DNA of 64,000 nt from Armatimonadota bacterium (GTDB taxonomy: Bacteria; Armatimonadota; HRBIN16), in NCBI GenBank assembly GCA_963677485.1, contig OY781964.1:1248001-1312000 (forward strand), in the 5' to 3' direction. The position numbers and the translations under genes were made by a program. The notes under the pieces are model-generated. The model did no database searches. It saw nothing but the letters and a program-made list of their open reading frames with translations, and was not told the origin of the DNA. Positions 9,625-19,856 of the stretch are shown in pieces (within the stretch, counting starts at the first letter, position 1; each line of letters opens with the position of its first letter).

Positions 9625-10711
9625 TGCTGCGTGCCACCTCCGCGGCTAGCGCGAACTTCTCCACAGTGACGCCGGGCGGGCAGCTATCGCTGTTCGCCAG
9701 CAGGAACGGCCCGCCGGCACCTTCCGCGATCACCTGTTCCACATAGCTGCCGAAGCTTTCGATGGGCTCATTCAGGAAGCGCACCGGCTCGATGCCACCA
9801 ATGATGCCCATTTTATCGCCGCAGACCTGCCTGATCTCCTTGATCTCGATATTACCTGTGGGGGCTGGTGAGGCACTCTCGACTGCGTATACTCCGCCGT
9901 CGACCATCTGCTCCACTAAATAGCGCAGATGACCACAGGCGTGCTGCACGTACCTCTTGCCATTCGCTTTGGCGATATCGCAGTAGGCTTTAATCTCAGG
10001 TGCGATGTATTTGGCATATTGCCGAGGGCTGTAGTTCTGTGTGCTGCTGTCTTCAAAGGTCAGGAAGTATTGGTAGTCACTTTGGGCGGCGAGTCTGGCG
10101 CATTCCAGATCATTCACCATCATCGCCTGCCATAACTCATCGACCAGCTCCGGCTCATCCTGCATCATATACACCAGTTCCTCTGTGCCCACATAATGCT
10201 CTACCATCGCCTGGAATGCAGTCTTGCCACGGAAACACATCATGGCGAGGGAGAGCCCCTCGTTGGAGCCGGGGTCATTCAGCCAGTTCGTCGCGACCTG
10301 CGGTTGCGCTTCAAAACGGGTGTGCTGTTCGATCCATAGCAGGGTCTTCAAGTCTTCAGGCGACTTGCATGGGTGCTCCACCAGGAACATGGTGCCGCCC
10401 GCATCATTGGTGCGTCGCCAGGTATGGTGCAGACTGCCGACTGGGGTGATGAGCTCCTGGTGGTGCCCGCCCGGTCGTTCGGTCACGATGGATTCCACAC
10501 CGTCTTGAGCGACCGACACGGACATTGGCGCACCTCGCCACAAGGGGTCAGCACCGATCATCTTGTGGAACGGCAGTTGCCCCATCTGCTGTATCTCAGC
10601 AGGAAAATACTCCCAGACATAAGCTAGAAATGGTGAAAACGGCATATGGTCCACAGGCTTTCCCGCGAGGGCAGCCTCGATACGTTCTTTAGAGGTCATT
10701 TCTGGCAGCAT
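9614..10711 (-). CDS. Uroporphyrinogen decarboxylase / MtaA-CmuA-like TIM barrel protein
   Basis: MTSKERIEAALAGKPVDHMP, HACGHL, IIGGIEP, GGPFLLANSDSCPPG. Confidence 0.8.
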   Translation of the reverse strand: MLPEMTSKERIEAALAGKPVDHMPFSPFLAYVWEYFPAEIQQMGQLPFHKMIGADPLWRGAPMSVSVAQDGVESIVTERPGGHHQELITPVGSLHHTWRRTNDAGGTMFLVEHPCKSPEDLKTLLWIEQHTRFEAQPQVATNWLNDPGSNEGLSLAMMCFRGKTAFQAMVEHYVGTEELVYMMQDEPELVDELWQAMMVNDLECARLAAQSDYQYFLTFEDSSTQNYSPRQYAKYIAPEIKAYCDIAKANGKRYVQHACGHLRYLVEQMVDGGVYAVESASPAPTGNIEIKEIRQVCGDKMGIIGGIEPVRFLNEPIESFGSYVEQVIAEGAGGPFLLANSDSCPPGVTVEKFALAAEVARSIKG

Positions 10712-10946
10712 TGGTTTGATGGCTCCTTGTGTGGTTTCGGTGATGTCAAGTCGTCATCTAATTCTACACCAATGGCCGACATGTGATCGTGCTATCACCG
10801 TCCGAAAAGACAGATGAGAGGATAATATGCAGCATTGTGTCCTACAGCGGGTTTAATAACACAGATGGTCTATCAGCAACATATAGGAATCGTGCTGCCC
10901 AATAAGGTAAAGTACTGTTAGATATACCAGAATCTGGAGGTGCATC

Positions 10947-11639
10947 ATGGACGCCGAACAAAAACCGCGGAAGCAGTTTGCCGGAGCTAACCTTGAAGGT
11001 GCAGAGTTGCGCATGGCGGATCTTGCCGGAGCGAATATGGCCGAAGCCAATCTGAAAGGTGCCAACCTTGAAGGTGCCGACCTCACTTCGGCCGACCTGA
11101 GCGGGGCGACCTTGGTGGAAGTCTACGCCAGAACCCTGGACGCAGCCGATGCCGACTTCAGCGGAGCGGACATGAGCGGGATCAATCTGGAGCTTGCCAA
11201 CCTGGCAGGAGCAGACTTAAGCGGCTGCGAGCTGACCGATGCCTATATGCGTGGTGCCGACATGACTGGCTGCAGCCTGGTGGGCGCCGATCTCTGCCAT
11301 GCCAATCTGGAAAAGGCAAAACTTCTTGAGGTGGACATGCAGAGTGCACTGCTCAAAGGAGCCTCCATGCAGTTTGCGCGATTGAAAGGCGCCAGTCTTC
11401 AGGGTGCCAACTTCAGCAGTGCCAGCCTAGAAAATGCCGACCTCAGCAAGGCGAACCTCACGGGTGCTGAGCTGGACGGCGTCTGCTTGCGAGGGGCGAA
11501 CCTCACCGGTTCGGTATTGTCTGGAGCGAACCTCAGCGGAGCTGACCTTCAGGATGCGGATTTTACCGGTGCCGAAGTGCGCGACATGGTGCTGGATGGG
11601 GCGAATATGACTGGGGTGAAAGGGCTGATTTTGAAATGA
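10947..11639 (+). CDS. Pentapeptide repeat protein
   Basis: Almost entirely A(D/N)LxG pentapeptide repeats. Confidence 0.95.
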   Translation: MDAEQKPRKQFAGANLEGAELRMADLAGANMAEANLKGANLEGADLTSADLSGATLVEVYARTLDAADADFSGADMSGINLELANLAGADLSGCELTDAYMRGADMTGCSLVGADLCHANLEKAKLLEVDMQSALLKGASMQFARLKGASLQGANFSSASLENADLSKANLTGAELDGVCLRGANLTGSVLSGANLSGADLQDADFTGAEVRDMVLDGANMTGVKGLILK

Positions 11640-12073
11640 AATATACGCAGGGTAGCACCGGACGTGTGTTCCTGGCCAAACTTGATGATGGCGAATCGGT
11701 ATACGATGCCGTGATGGAGATTGCCAACAAGGAAAATGTGAAGCACGCGGCGGTATGGGCGGTGGGCGGAATGCGCAGCGGTAAGGTGGTCAGCGGTCCC
11801 GAAGACCCCAACGGGCCGGTGGTGCCCGTGGTGTATGAGTTTGATGATGCGCGGGAACTGGTCGGTTTTGGCACACTGGTGCCGTTGAACGGGGAACCCT
11901 CGCTGCACTTCCATGCCGCCATCGGCCATGAGCAGGGAGCCATGGTGGTGTGTCCCCGCATTGAGATGCATGCCTACCTGGTGCTTGAGGTCGTAATTCT
12001 GGAGATGGTGGGCCTGTCTGCCTGCCGCGAATACGAAGCCCGCTGGGATGTGCATACCCTCAGCGTGGGGTAG
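11636..12073 (+). CDS. PPC domain (DUF296) protein
   Basis: GRVFLAKLDDGE, ELVGFGTL, PSLHFHAAIG, LVLEVVILE. ATGA overlap with the upstream gene. Confidence 0.85.
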   Translation: MKYTQGSTGRVFLAKLDDGESVYDAVMEIANKENVKHAAVWAVGGMRSGKVVSGPEDPNGPVVPVVYEFDDARELVGFGTLVPLNGEPSLHFHAAIGHEQGAMVVCPRIEMHAYLVLEVVILEMVGLSACREYEARWDVHTLSVG

Positions 12074-12222
12074 AGCTGTGTTAGGACGCAGCCTCACGCG
12101 AAGACGCGGAGGTAATGACCGGCGGAAGGCCTTCCCCATCCGCGTCATCCTGTGAATCCGTGTAATCCGTGGTTCAGACAAAAATCCGAGCGGTGCCGTT
12201 TGGTGCATATCTCAGGTTGCCG

Positions 12223-12687
12223 GCCCCCCTGCCGCGGGTTTAGTCACCCCACGGGACTGGCGTCCCTAAACGGGGTTCCCTCACCGCGCGTCTAGCCATC
12301 TGCAGCCCGCAAGCGGGCGCTGGTGGCCCTCCGCAAGCGCCCGCTGGAGCGAAGCGACGCGGGCAGCCATCTGATTAGCGACGGGTGATGGAGCCCCCTG
12401 GGGCGATGGAACCCGTCGCTGAGGGCCAGTCGCGAATATCGTTGATCATCAGCCCCCCTGCCGCGGGTTTAGTCACCCCAGGGGACTGGCGTCCCTAAAC
12501 GGGGTTCCTTCACCGCGCGTCTAATCAATCGCAGCCCGCAAGCGGGCGCGGGGTGCCCTCCGCCAGCGCCTGCTGGAGCGAGGCGACGCGGGCAGCCATC
12601 TGATCAGCGACGGGTGATGGAGCTCCCTGGGGCGATGGAACCCGTCGACACGGGGCTACCAGCCCCCCTACCGCGGTTTAGCCACCC
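12223..12687. repeat. Two tandem ~195-bp palindrome-rich repeat units plus a partial third
   Basis: GCCCCCCTGCCGCGGGTTTAGTCACCCC...GGAACCCGTCG starts at 12223 and 12452. A partial copy starts at 12662. Confidence 0.9.
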
Positions 12688-12700
12688 ACTTGAACGCACC

Positions 12701-13192
12701 CTACTCCTCTGCCACCAGCTTCGCGTTTTTGGCCAGGCTCTGAGCGGCCAGACCTAGCTTGTATTCGGCCAGCTTCTCTTCAATCTCAGGATCGGATGTG
12801 CCCAAAATCTGCATAGCCAGCAACCCGGCGTTGGTGGCTCCGTTCACGGCCACGGTGGCGACCGGCACACCGCTGGGCATCTGCACGATGGAGAGCAGCG
12901 AATCCAAACCCTGCAGTTTGCTGAGCACCGGCACGCCAATGACGGGCAAGGTGGTGACGGCGGCCATCACACCAGGCAGGTGCGCGGCTCCGCCGGCCCC
13001 GGCGATGATCACCTTGATGCCACGCTCACGGGCAGATCGGGAGTATTCCAGCGTCTCATCTGGGGTTCGGTGGGCGGAGTAGATTTTGACCTCGCACTCC
13101 ACGCCGAACTGGTCGCATATATCTTTCGCCTGCATCATGACAGCCAGGTCCGAATCGCTACCCATCACGATAGCCACGAGGGGGTTCTTCAT
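12701..13192 (-). CDS. purE: N5-carboxyaminoimidazole ribonucleotide mutase
   Basis: [50 protein letters not shown]. Confidence 0.98.
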   Translation of the reverse strand: MKNPLVAIVMGSDSDLAVMMQAKDICDQFGVECEVKIYSAHRTPDETLEYSRSARERGIKVIIAGAGGAAHLPGVMAAVTTLPVIGVPVLSKLQGLDSLLSIVQMPSGVPVATVAVNGATNAGLLAMQILGTSDPEIEEKLAEYKLGLAAQSLAKNAKLVAEE

Positions 13193-13282
13193 CAGTGTCC
13201 TCCATGATAACCATTGGTCATCCATTATGATTTTACCGTATGGCTGTGGTAAGCTGAACAAAACATATCTGAGGAGGATCCC

Positions 13283-13915
13283 ATGGATACAATCTTTCTG
13301 ATGCACAAACTGGTCCACCTGGACGAATGCCCGGTACTGTTCGGTACCCCGTTCGATGCCAATAGCTGGCAAGACCATTGGAAGGTTCGTTCGGGTGACT
13401 GGAGCGTCGAAGGTGACTGGGCGACCGGTAACCATCCCCACAACAGCCCGGGAATGATCACCTCGACGGCGAACTATACGGGCAATGTGATACTGGAGTT
13501 TGAGGCACGTACCGTGCTGCCCAGCACGCATGACATCAACTGCATGTGGAATGGCAGTTGGGACGAACAGACCAATACCCGCGATGTGGCCTATGTGGCA
13601 GGCCTCCAAGGCTGGTGGGAGGGTAAAGTGGGGTTCGAGCGATCACCTGAGTATAAGTTGAACGCCGGAACCCCGCTGTTCGCATTTGAACCCGGGCGAA
13701 TCTATCAGATGCGTGTTGGCAGTATCGACGGCCATGTGTTTGTGATGGTCGACGGGGCGTTGCTGCTTGAGATCACCGATCCTGACCCCATCGACCACAG
13801 CCGGTATGGCATGGTCGGTTTCGAGGCCTATTACAGTTGCATCCAGGTTCGCAAGCCAGTCGTCCGGCAGGTGGTGTGGCATCCCAGGGAGCAAAGCTAC
13901 CAGCCTGAGGTGTGA
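13283..13915 (+). CDS. Hypothetical protein, ConA/LamG-like beta-sandwich (DUF1080-like)
   Basis: Trp/beta-rich with RBS GAGGAGG. Patterns [11 protein letters not shown] and YGMVGFEAY. Confidence 0.6.
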   Translation: MDTIFLMHKLVHLDECPVLFGTPFDANSWQDHWKVRSGDWSVEGDWATGNHPHNSPGMITSTANYTGNVILEFEARTVLPSTHDINCMWNGSWDEQTNTRDVAYVAGLQGWWEGKVGFERSPEYKLNAGTPLFAFEPGRIYQMRVGSIDGHVFVMVDGALLLEITDPDPIDHSRYGMVGFEAYYSCIQVRKPVVRQVVWHPREQSYQPEV

Positions 13916-13970
13916 TGGTCTGAACCACGGATTACGCGGATGGCATGGATGGTAAAGAACACGGGGCTAA

Positions 13971-14042
13971 CCGCCAGACCGGCGCGGTCTATAGCCATCT
14001 GTCACCGTTACCTTACCGACAGACCGCCCCGGACTTAGGCTA
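13971..14042 (+). repeat. Dispersed ~72-bp repeat (other copies at 44254-44325 and, split and inverted, 43919-44221)
   Basis: CCGCCAGACCGGCGCGGTCT...CAGACCGCCCCGGAC is collinear between copies. Confidence 0.8.
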
Positions 14043-14132
14043 TTCGGGTGTCATGAAATACGGTCCCCTTTGCGTCCTTTGCCCCTTTGCGTCATTGCGT
14101 TTACATTCCCTGCCAACCGCACGCAAAGCGGC

Positions 14133-14909
14133 CTACTCGTCGTCGACGGGCTTCTGGTTCTCCAGGCGATAGTCAGACGGCGCTTTCCCCATGGCACGAT
14201 GGAACACGCGTGAGAAATAGAGCGGGTCGGTAAACCCGCACTGGGCGGCTACATCACCCACGCGCAAGTCGGTAGTGCATAAAAGCCGCTGGGCGGCTTG
14301 AAGCCGAAGCTGCATGAGGTAGTTGCTTGGCGTGATCTCCCACCGTTTGCGGAACAGGTGCGACAGGTGACTGCGGGTGGTATTGACCGCGGATGCCACT
14401 TCGCTGAGGCTCAGGGGCTGATGGTAGTTCACCGCCAGATACTGTGCTGCCAATTGGGCCAGGTCAGTTTGGACGCCCTTCCCTTGCTGCCAGGCACGCT
14501 CTACATGGCATAAAAACGCTCTGCCGTAGTAATTGATCAAGTGCTGGTCGCTTCGGCCGGAGTTGACCTCGGCTAGGACTCGGCTGGCCAGCCAACCCAT
14601 CTCACCACCCACATCGGGCAGCATCAAGGGCATCTGCTGCATGTTTTCGGTCTGCACGTCGATCGACATAAACACGGTCTGTTGCGGGTTGCGTGGGTTG
14701 CTCGCTTCGGCATGGGGCATCATGGGTGGGTAGACCACCAAATGGAACTGGTGAGGAGCATAAGAGGTATCCGGCAGATCAACTTTGCCAGACCCCTTCA
14801 TGAAATAGATGAACTCCCAAAACGAATGCGAATGTGCTGGCAGCTTCCATGCGGCGTCAGGAAGCGTACTGCCAGCACTAATGACTGTGGCCGTGTCGAT
14901 GATGAACAT
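14133..14909 (-). CDS. AraC family transcriptional regulator (cupin + HTH)
   Basis: HSHSFWEFIYFMKGSG cupin. C-terminal VAAQCGFTDPLYFSRVFHRAMGKAPSDYR. Confidence 0.93.
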   Translation of the reverse strand: MFIIDTATVISAGSTLPDAAWKLPAHSHSFWEFIYFMKGSGKVDLPDTSYAPHQFHLVVYPPMMPHAEASNPRNPQQTVFMSIDVQTENMQQMPLMLPDVGGEMGWLASRVLAEVNSGRSDQHLINYYGRAFLCHVERAWQQGKGVQTDLAQLAAQYLAVNYHQPLSLSEVASAVNTTRSHLSHLFRKRWEITPSNYLMQLRLQAAQRLLCTTDLRVGDVAAQCGFTDPLYFSRVFHRAMGKAPSDYRLENQKPVDDE

Positions 14910-14979
14910 AATACTAGTATACAGATTTGAGGGCAGATTCCATACCGCCTCTGGACACCAATAAATGCTGGGTTTGAGG

Positions 14980-15813
14980 TTATGGCATCCCGACAGGCAT
15001 GCTGCTGGGCGGCCATCCTGTGGCGGGTAGAGTGTTCCACTGCTGTCCCCATGGCAGGAAGCCGGTGTGGCCGTCAAAATACAGCACATTGTAGCCGTCG
15101 TCGTGGTTACGCATCATCATCCCGGCCTCTAGCGGCTGACCGTCGTCACCCTTGGCCTCGGTACCCTGGAAGCCGAAGACGCCGCGGTCGGTCAGAAGCA
15201 TGCGTTCGGATACCCACTGGGAATTGAGGCCCACCGGCTGCTCATACAGGTCGCGAGTTTTGGGGTACATTTCAGAGCCGTAGTTACGGCATTCGAAGAT
15301 CGATCCGACGGCGGGGTTGTCGCATTGCACGTTATACACCCAGCCGGTGATCCACTGGTAGCTTTGGGCGCCTTTAGCCATGTTTTCGGGGGTAGGCAGG
15401 CTCGTGTGGTCGCCTGGGCAGTACCAGTTCTGAAGGTTCTTGGAATATGGCTGAAGCTGCACGTGCATCAGAAACTTGTAGAACCTGTGACCGAAACATC
15501 CACCATCCATATCGGCCTCTTCCGCGACATCGGGATTGACTTCGAAATTCCGGCTCGCTGACAGTGGGCCATCGATCTGGCCGTCCTCATCCAGGTCACC
15601 GCCGGTATAGCAGCCGTTGGGGAACTGCTGCTCGAAGTCCTGAGCATACATGCGCATGGCCCCACCCAGTGTGCGCAGGTTGGAGACACACTCCGCATCC
15701 TGCAAGCCACTGCCTGCGTTTATGACGGCTGGGTGCAGCAGATAGGCCGTGACCGCACAGATGCCAAACGCTGCGCAGACTTGCTTCAAACTGATTTCAG
15801 TTCGCTTCTTCAC
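14980..15813 (-). CDS. DUF1559-like / H-X9-DG domain protein with degenerate prepilin N-terminus
   Basis: CVSNLRTLGGAMRMYAQD, WYCPGD, NHDDGYNVLYFDGH. Confidence 0.75.
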   Translation of the reverse strand: MKKRTEISLKQVCAAFGICAVTAYLLHPAVINAGSGLQDAECVSNLRTLGGAMRMYAQDFEQQFPNGCYTGGDLDEDGQIDGPLSASRNFEVNPDVAEEADMDGGCFGHRFYKFLMHVQLQPYSKNLQNWYCPGDHTSLPTPENMAKGAQSYQWITGWVYNVQCDNPAVGSIFECRNYGSEMYPKTRDLYEQPVGLNSQWVSERMLLTDRGVFGFQGTEAKGDDGQPLEAGMMMRNHDDGYNVLYFDGHTGFLPWGQQWNTLPATGWPPSSMPVGMP

Positions 15814-16027
15814 GCCGAAACCTCCGAAATGGTATTGTTTGCATTCATTATGTCACCAAAACGGTTGTCGAGTCAAGTGTTTCTATGGGTAGTTTTGATT
15901 CATCATCAGCTTATTTCTGAACGGATCCGCCTCCTGGCCTCCTTTTCTCTTCCCCTCCTCCCCGGGCCATATGCTATCATGAATCTGACCCACCATCGCA
16001 AAAAACAACCTGAGGATTTACCAACAC

Positions 16028-17251
16028 ATGACCGAACTGCTCGCGCCAGCCGGAAACCTGGAACGTCTGAAATGGGCGGTGGCATACGGTGCGGATGCGG
16101 TCTATTTCGGCGTGGGCAACTTCTCGCTGCGTAGTTTTGCGGGTAACTTCAGCCTGGAGGACGCACAGACCGGGTTGGACTACCTGCATGAGCGCGGGAA
16201 ACGCGGTTATGTGACGCTGAACGCCTACCCCTTCACCGAGGAGTTTGAGGAGATCGCACAACTTGCAGCCTCTCTTGATGAGATGGGTGCAGACGCCTTC
16301 ATTGTGGCCGATCTTGGGGTGTTGAACACCCTCAGGGGTATGGGGCTGCGTGCCGCTCTGCACATCAGCACCCAGGCGAACACGCTCAACGCGCAGTCGG
16401 CACTGGCGTATCAAAAGCTTGGAGCCCGACGGGTCAACCTCGCACGGGAGCTCTCGCTGACCAACATCCAGGATATCCAAAAGGCTTTACAGGGCACCGG
16501 CATGGAGACCGAGGTGTTCATCCACGGCTCGGTCTGCTTTTCATATTCAGGCCGATGTGCCATCAGCGACTATACCACCGGCCGGCGCGCCAACCGCGGT
16601 CAGTGTACCCACCCCTGCCGATGGAACTACACGTTGATGGAGGAAAAGCGCCCGGGTGAATACTTCCCCGTGTATGAGGATGAGCGCGGGCTCTATCTGT
16701 TCAACAGTAAGGACCTCGCTCTGTTTAACTATGTGCCGGCACTGGTAGAGGCCGGTGTGTGTTCATTCAAAATCGAGGGGCGGATGAAGAACGCCCACTA
16801 CCTCGCCGCGGTGCTGCCGGTCTACCGGGCCATTTTGGATGGCAAACCCATGCCTGTGGATGAGGCCTGGTTGCGGTTGATGCGCGTAGATAACCGGGGC
16901 TTTTCGGATGGGTTCATGAAGGGCGAACTGAGCTCTGAGGACTACGAGACCCACTCCACCGTTTACCAGAGCAGTTCGCGCTGGATGGCCAACAGTACCG
17001 AGCAGATGCAGGATGGTCAGCGCGTGTGCCAGATTAAAAACACCATCGACGCTGGTGAGACGCTGGAGCTGCTCACACCCGATGGCGGGCGTCGGCCTTA
17101 CACTCTGCCGAACCTCATTTTCTCCGTAGAAGGCAAGCCGCTTGACCGCGCCAAGAACCAGCACACGATATTGCTGGATGGCAGCATCCCTGCCTACTCG
17201 ATATTTCGGCGTGTCCTCGACCAGTCCGATAATGCAGGTGATGTGTCATGA
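16028..17251 (+). CDS. U32 family peptidase-like protein (TrhP/YegQ-like tRNA hydroxylation)
   Basis: ELLAPAG, YGADAVYFG, HISTQAN, LARELS, HGSVC..SGRC..NRGQCTHPCR, KIEGRMK. Confidence 0.9.
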   Translation: MTELLAPAGNLERLKWAVAYGADAVYFGVGNFSLRSFAGNFSLEDAQTGLDYLHERGKRGYVTLNAYPFTEEFEEIAQLAASLDEMGADAFIVADLGVLNTLRGMGLRAALHISTQANTLNAQSALAYQKLGARRVNLARELSLTNIQDIQKALQGTGMETEVFIHGSVCFSYSGRCAISDYTTGRRANRGQCTHPCRWNYTLMEEKRPGEYFPVYEDERGLYLFNSKDLALFNYVPALVEAGVCSFKIEGRMKNAHYLAAVLPVYRAILDGKPMPVDEAWLRLMRVDNRGFSDGFMKGELSSEDYETHSTVYQSSSRWMANSTEQMQDGQRVCQIKNTIDAGETLELLTPDGGRRPYTLPNLIFSVEGKPLDRAKNQHTILLDGSIPAYSIFRRVLDQSDNAGDVS

Positions 17252-19404
17252 AGTCCATGCCTGATCCCCACCAGCCGTACGCGCTTTCCCAGCCTAATGC
17301 GCAGGAATACCTCAACAAGTTTTGGATGATCTACGGTCTGAGTGAAGGTCCCGAGGGCATGAGCGGCTGGGATGACGGCCCGCTGCACCCCTCCGTGTTC
17401 TGGTTCGAGTGGAACATGATGAAGCTCGCCTGGAATGGACACAGCGAGAAAATGCAGCATTGGCAGCGGGATTTGCTGCTGGGTCAGAAGATCAACGGGC
17501 TCAACGCCAGCAATGAGCAGGCGGACGGCTTCCTCTGGCCCGAGCCCTCCAACCCGCGCTGGTTTGGGCTACAGTATTACTTCGACCACATCCCACGGTA
17601 TATCATCGGTGCCTACCTCTACTATGTGTGGAGCGGAGACCGCGATTTTCTGAAGTCCGCCATGCCGATGCTGAGGGCCGTGATGGGCTTCCTATGGAAC
17701 GGCATGAAGCTGAGCCAGGGAATCGCCATCTGCCCAGGTAATAATACTGGTCTGCCAAACACCGGCGAAGTCACCACATATATGGACTGTATCCGCTCGG
17801 GATACATCGACAGCTGGACCAATACCGCGGTCTACACCGCTTTGCAGAACATGGCGGAGCTGGAAGCCATCTCAGGCAATCCGGCTACGGCCCTTCGCTA
17901 CCACAAGGCCGCGGAGGCATTTGTGGCCCAGTTTGACAAGCAACTATGGAACCCCGCCACGAAACGCTATGCCGGATGGCGTGACATCAAGATGAAGCAG
18001 CACGACTGCGGATACACCTATATCAATATTGAGGCACTGGCCCGTGGGCTGGGTGACGCCGATAAGGCATGCTGCATCTTCGACTGGCTGGATCATGGCA
18101 AAGCTCAGCCGGTCTGGAAGGGCGGAAACAACGGCAGCACGGACATCTACCAGCTTGTGGTGGCCCCGCGCGCGAACACCATCCGCATACCCAATGAGGA
18201 GTGGGACACCTTCTCACACGTCAACCGCAATGCTCAGGGGAAGGATTACAGCTATGCCTACGGCGGGCTAGTGGAAGACGGCGGCACGATGCTGTGGATG
18301 AACTACTACGATGTGCAGGCGCGGCTGCGCTGGCTCGATGCCGACCACGCCTACCGAAAACTGACCGACATGCTCTACCGCTGTGCGAATGACAGCCGGT
18401 TCCTGAGCTTTGGCAAAAAGGGCAGCGGGAACTGGCGCAGCTTTACCGACTTCGGCGAGCACTTCCTGGCCATCGGCACCAACTACGACTTTCCAGAATC
18501 GGGTCTGGCCGCCATGTCGATGCTGTATGGCTTCATGGGCGTGTCTGCTGACACCAAGGGGCTTTATGTGCAGCCGAACCTTCCGCGTGATTTAATATCG
18601 GCGCAGTGCTCAGGAATCCGGCATCGAGGGAATGACTATACGATCTCCGTGGAGCGCGGCAGCACCATCATGATGCAGGAGCGGCGTGACACCGCCTCGA
18701 TACTGGCACCGGGCAAAGAGCTGGTTCAGAGGATTCACATCACGAAGCCGTTCGATCTGGTCGGTGTGTTTACAGGCAACTTCGCCACGGAAGGGGCGGA
18801 GTTCCGAATGACATTGCTTCGGTTGGGCACCGAAGGTCCCCAGTCTGTGGCTTGCCAGCAGATGCGTTGTGATCCCGACAACACCTGGCAGTATATGCCG
18901 GTCGATGACTTGTCCGCTGGCGACTACCAGATCGTGTTGAGCCATGTGAAAGGTCGAATGGCGTGGCACCAGCATTCTGTTGAGGGGTTCGTGTGTTGTG
19001 CGGTCAGTACCCCTGTCACACCCTTGAAGCTGCCCGATTTCACCTGGCGCATGAGTGCTTCCAGGGGTGACTTCGAGTTGAAATTGACAGCGAAACAGCC
19101 GTTCTGCCGCGTCGCGGTGCCGGTTGTTCACGACAAGGGCGCATCGTGCCGGATCTCTTTGCTCAGGCTGATGGGTTCGCAGTGGCAGCCTGTTCAGGAG
19201 ACGCGCCATCCTAATCTAGGGGGCGTGGATCGTCTGCTGATGGATGTAGCCGACCAGCCCGTAGGTGATTACCGCCTGATCATCACGCCATCCGGGCAGA
19301 TGACTCCACGGGGGTTGTCGCTCTCCCGCGGGCTGTATACCGTGACGGCGAATGAACGAAGCAGCGTGTCTGTGCCTGCTGGCACCCGCGTGCGTCTGGG
19401 CTGA
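17248..19404 (+). CDS. Six-hairpin (alpha/alpha)6 glycoside hydrolase-like protein
   Basis: YYVWSGDRDFLK, TYMDCIRSGYIDSWTN, LWNPATKRY, MLYGFMGV. Family not assignable by eye. Confidence 0.65.
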   Translation: MKSMPDPHQPYALSQPNAQEYLNKFWMIYGLSEGPEGMSGWDDGPLHPSVFWFEWNMMKLAWNGHSEKMQHWQRDLLLGQKINGLNASNEQADGFLWPEPSNPRWFGLQYYFDHIPRYIIGAYLYYVWSGDRDFLKSAMPMLRAVMGFLWNGMKLSQGIAICPGNNTGLPNTGEVTTYMDCIRSGYIDSWTNTAVYTALQNMAELEAISGNPATALRYHKAAEAFVAQFDKQLWNPATKRYAGWRDIKMKQHDCGYTYINIEALARGLGDADKACCIFDWLDHGKAQPVWKGGNNGSTDIYQLVVAPRANTIRIPNEEWDTFSHVNRNAQGKDYSYAYGGLVEDGGTMLWMNYYDVQARLRWLDADHAYRKLTDMLYRCANDSRFLSFGKKGSGNWRSFTDFGEHFLAIGTNYDFPESGLAAMSMLYGFMGVSADTKGLYVQPNLPRDLISAQCSGIRHRGNDYTISVERGSTIMMQERRDTASILAPGKELVQRIHITKPFDLVGVFTGNFATEGAEFRMTLLRLGTEGPQSVACQQMRCDPDNTWQYMPVDDLSAGDYQIVLSHVKGRMAWHQHSVEGFVCCAVSTPVTPLKLPDFTWRMSASRGDFELKLTAKQPFCRVAVPVVHDKGASCRISLLRLMGSQWQPVQETRHPNLGGVDRLLMDVADQPVGDYRLIITPSGQMTPRGLSLSRGLYTVTANERSSVSVPAGTRVRLG

Positions 19405-19532
19405 TAGGGATGTTTTTATCCACAAATTTCGCAGATTACGCAGAAGAGGTTTTTATGGTTACCTCCCATCCGTGTAATCCGTGTAATCCGCGTAATCCGT
19501 GGTTCAGACAAATCCTCGACGCGGTATGCCCT

Positions 19533-19844
19533 CTATTCCCCGATAAACCTGAGGTAGGTATGCGGATTCTCGGAGCAGCTCACAACCATAGAGCGCAGCG
19601 TCTGCCAGAGATCCTCCGCATGATGCTCGCGGAAGCACATCAGCAGCCCGTCCCACTCCGATAGCAGCACGCGAGCCTGAAGCGGGTTAAAGATGGTGTC
19701 GCCATATGGGTCGATGAACCGCAAGCAACAGCTCTGGCTATCACCGCAGCTGCGCAGGCAAGCCGCCATGGCACCCTCGGTATCGCACACCAGCTCGCTG
19801 ATGTTTTGGTGCCTCTCGTCTTGTAGCACAACCACCATACTCAC
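19533..19844 (-). CDS. Putative immunity protein
   Basis: Small acidic protein with IDPYGDTIFNPLQ and PHTYLRFIG, 12 nt downstream of the toxin-like gene. Confidence 0.6.
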   Translation of the reverse strand: MSMVVVLQDERHQNISELVCDTEGAMAACLRSCGDSQSCCLRFIDPYGDTIFNPLQARVLLSEWDGLLMCFREHHAEDLWQTLRSMVVSCSENPHTYLRFIGE

Positions 19845-19856
19845 AAACTCACCCGC

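Noticed and set aside
12223-12687. Possible CRISPR array
   Set aside because: Units are ~195 bp, only two and a stub, internally diverged, and there are no cas genes in the window.
12701-13609. Long N-terminal extensions in the ORF track (purE, araC, hyfE, hyfG, fkbM, TolB-like)
   Set aside because: The extensions overlap neighbouring genes or promoter regions. Downstream starts with RBS or stop/start overlaps fit family lengths.
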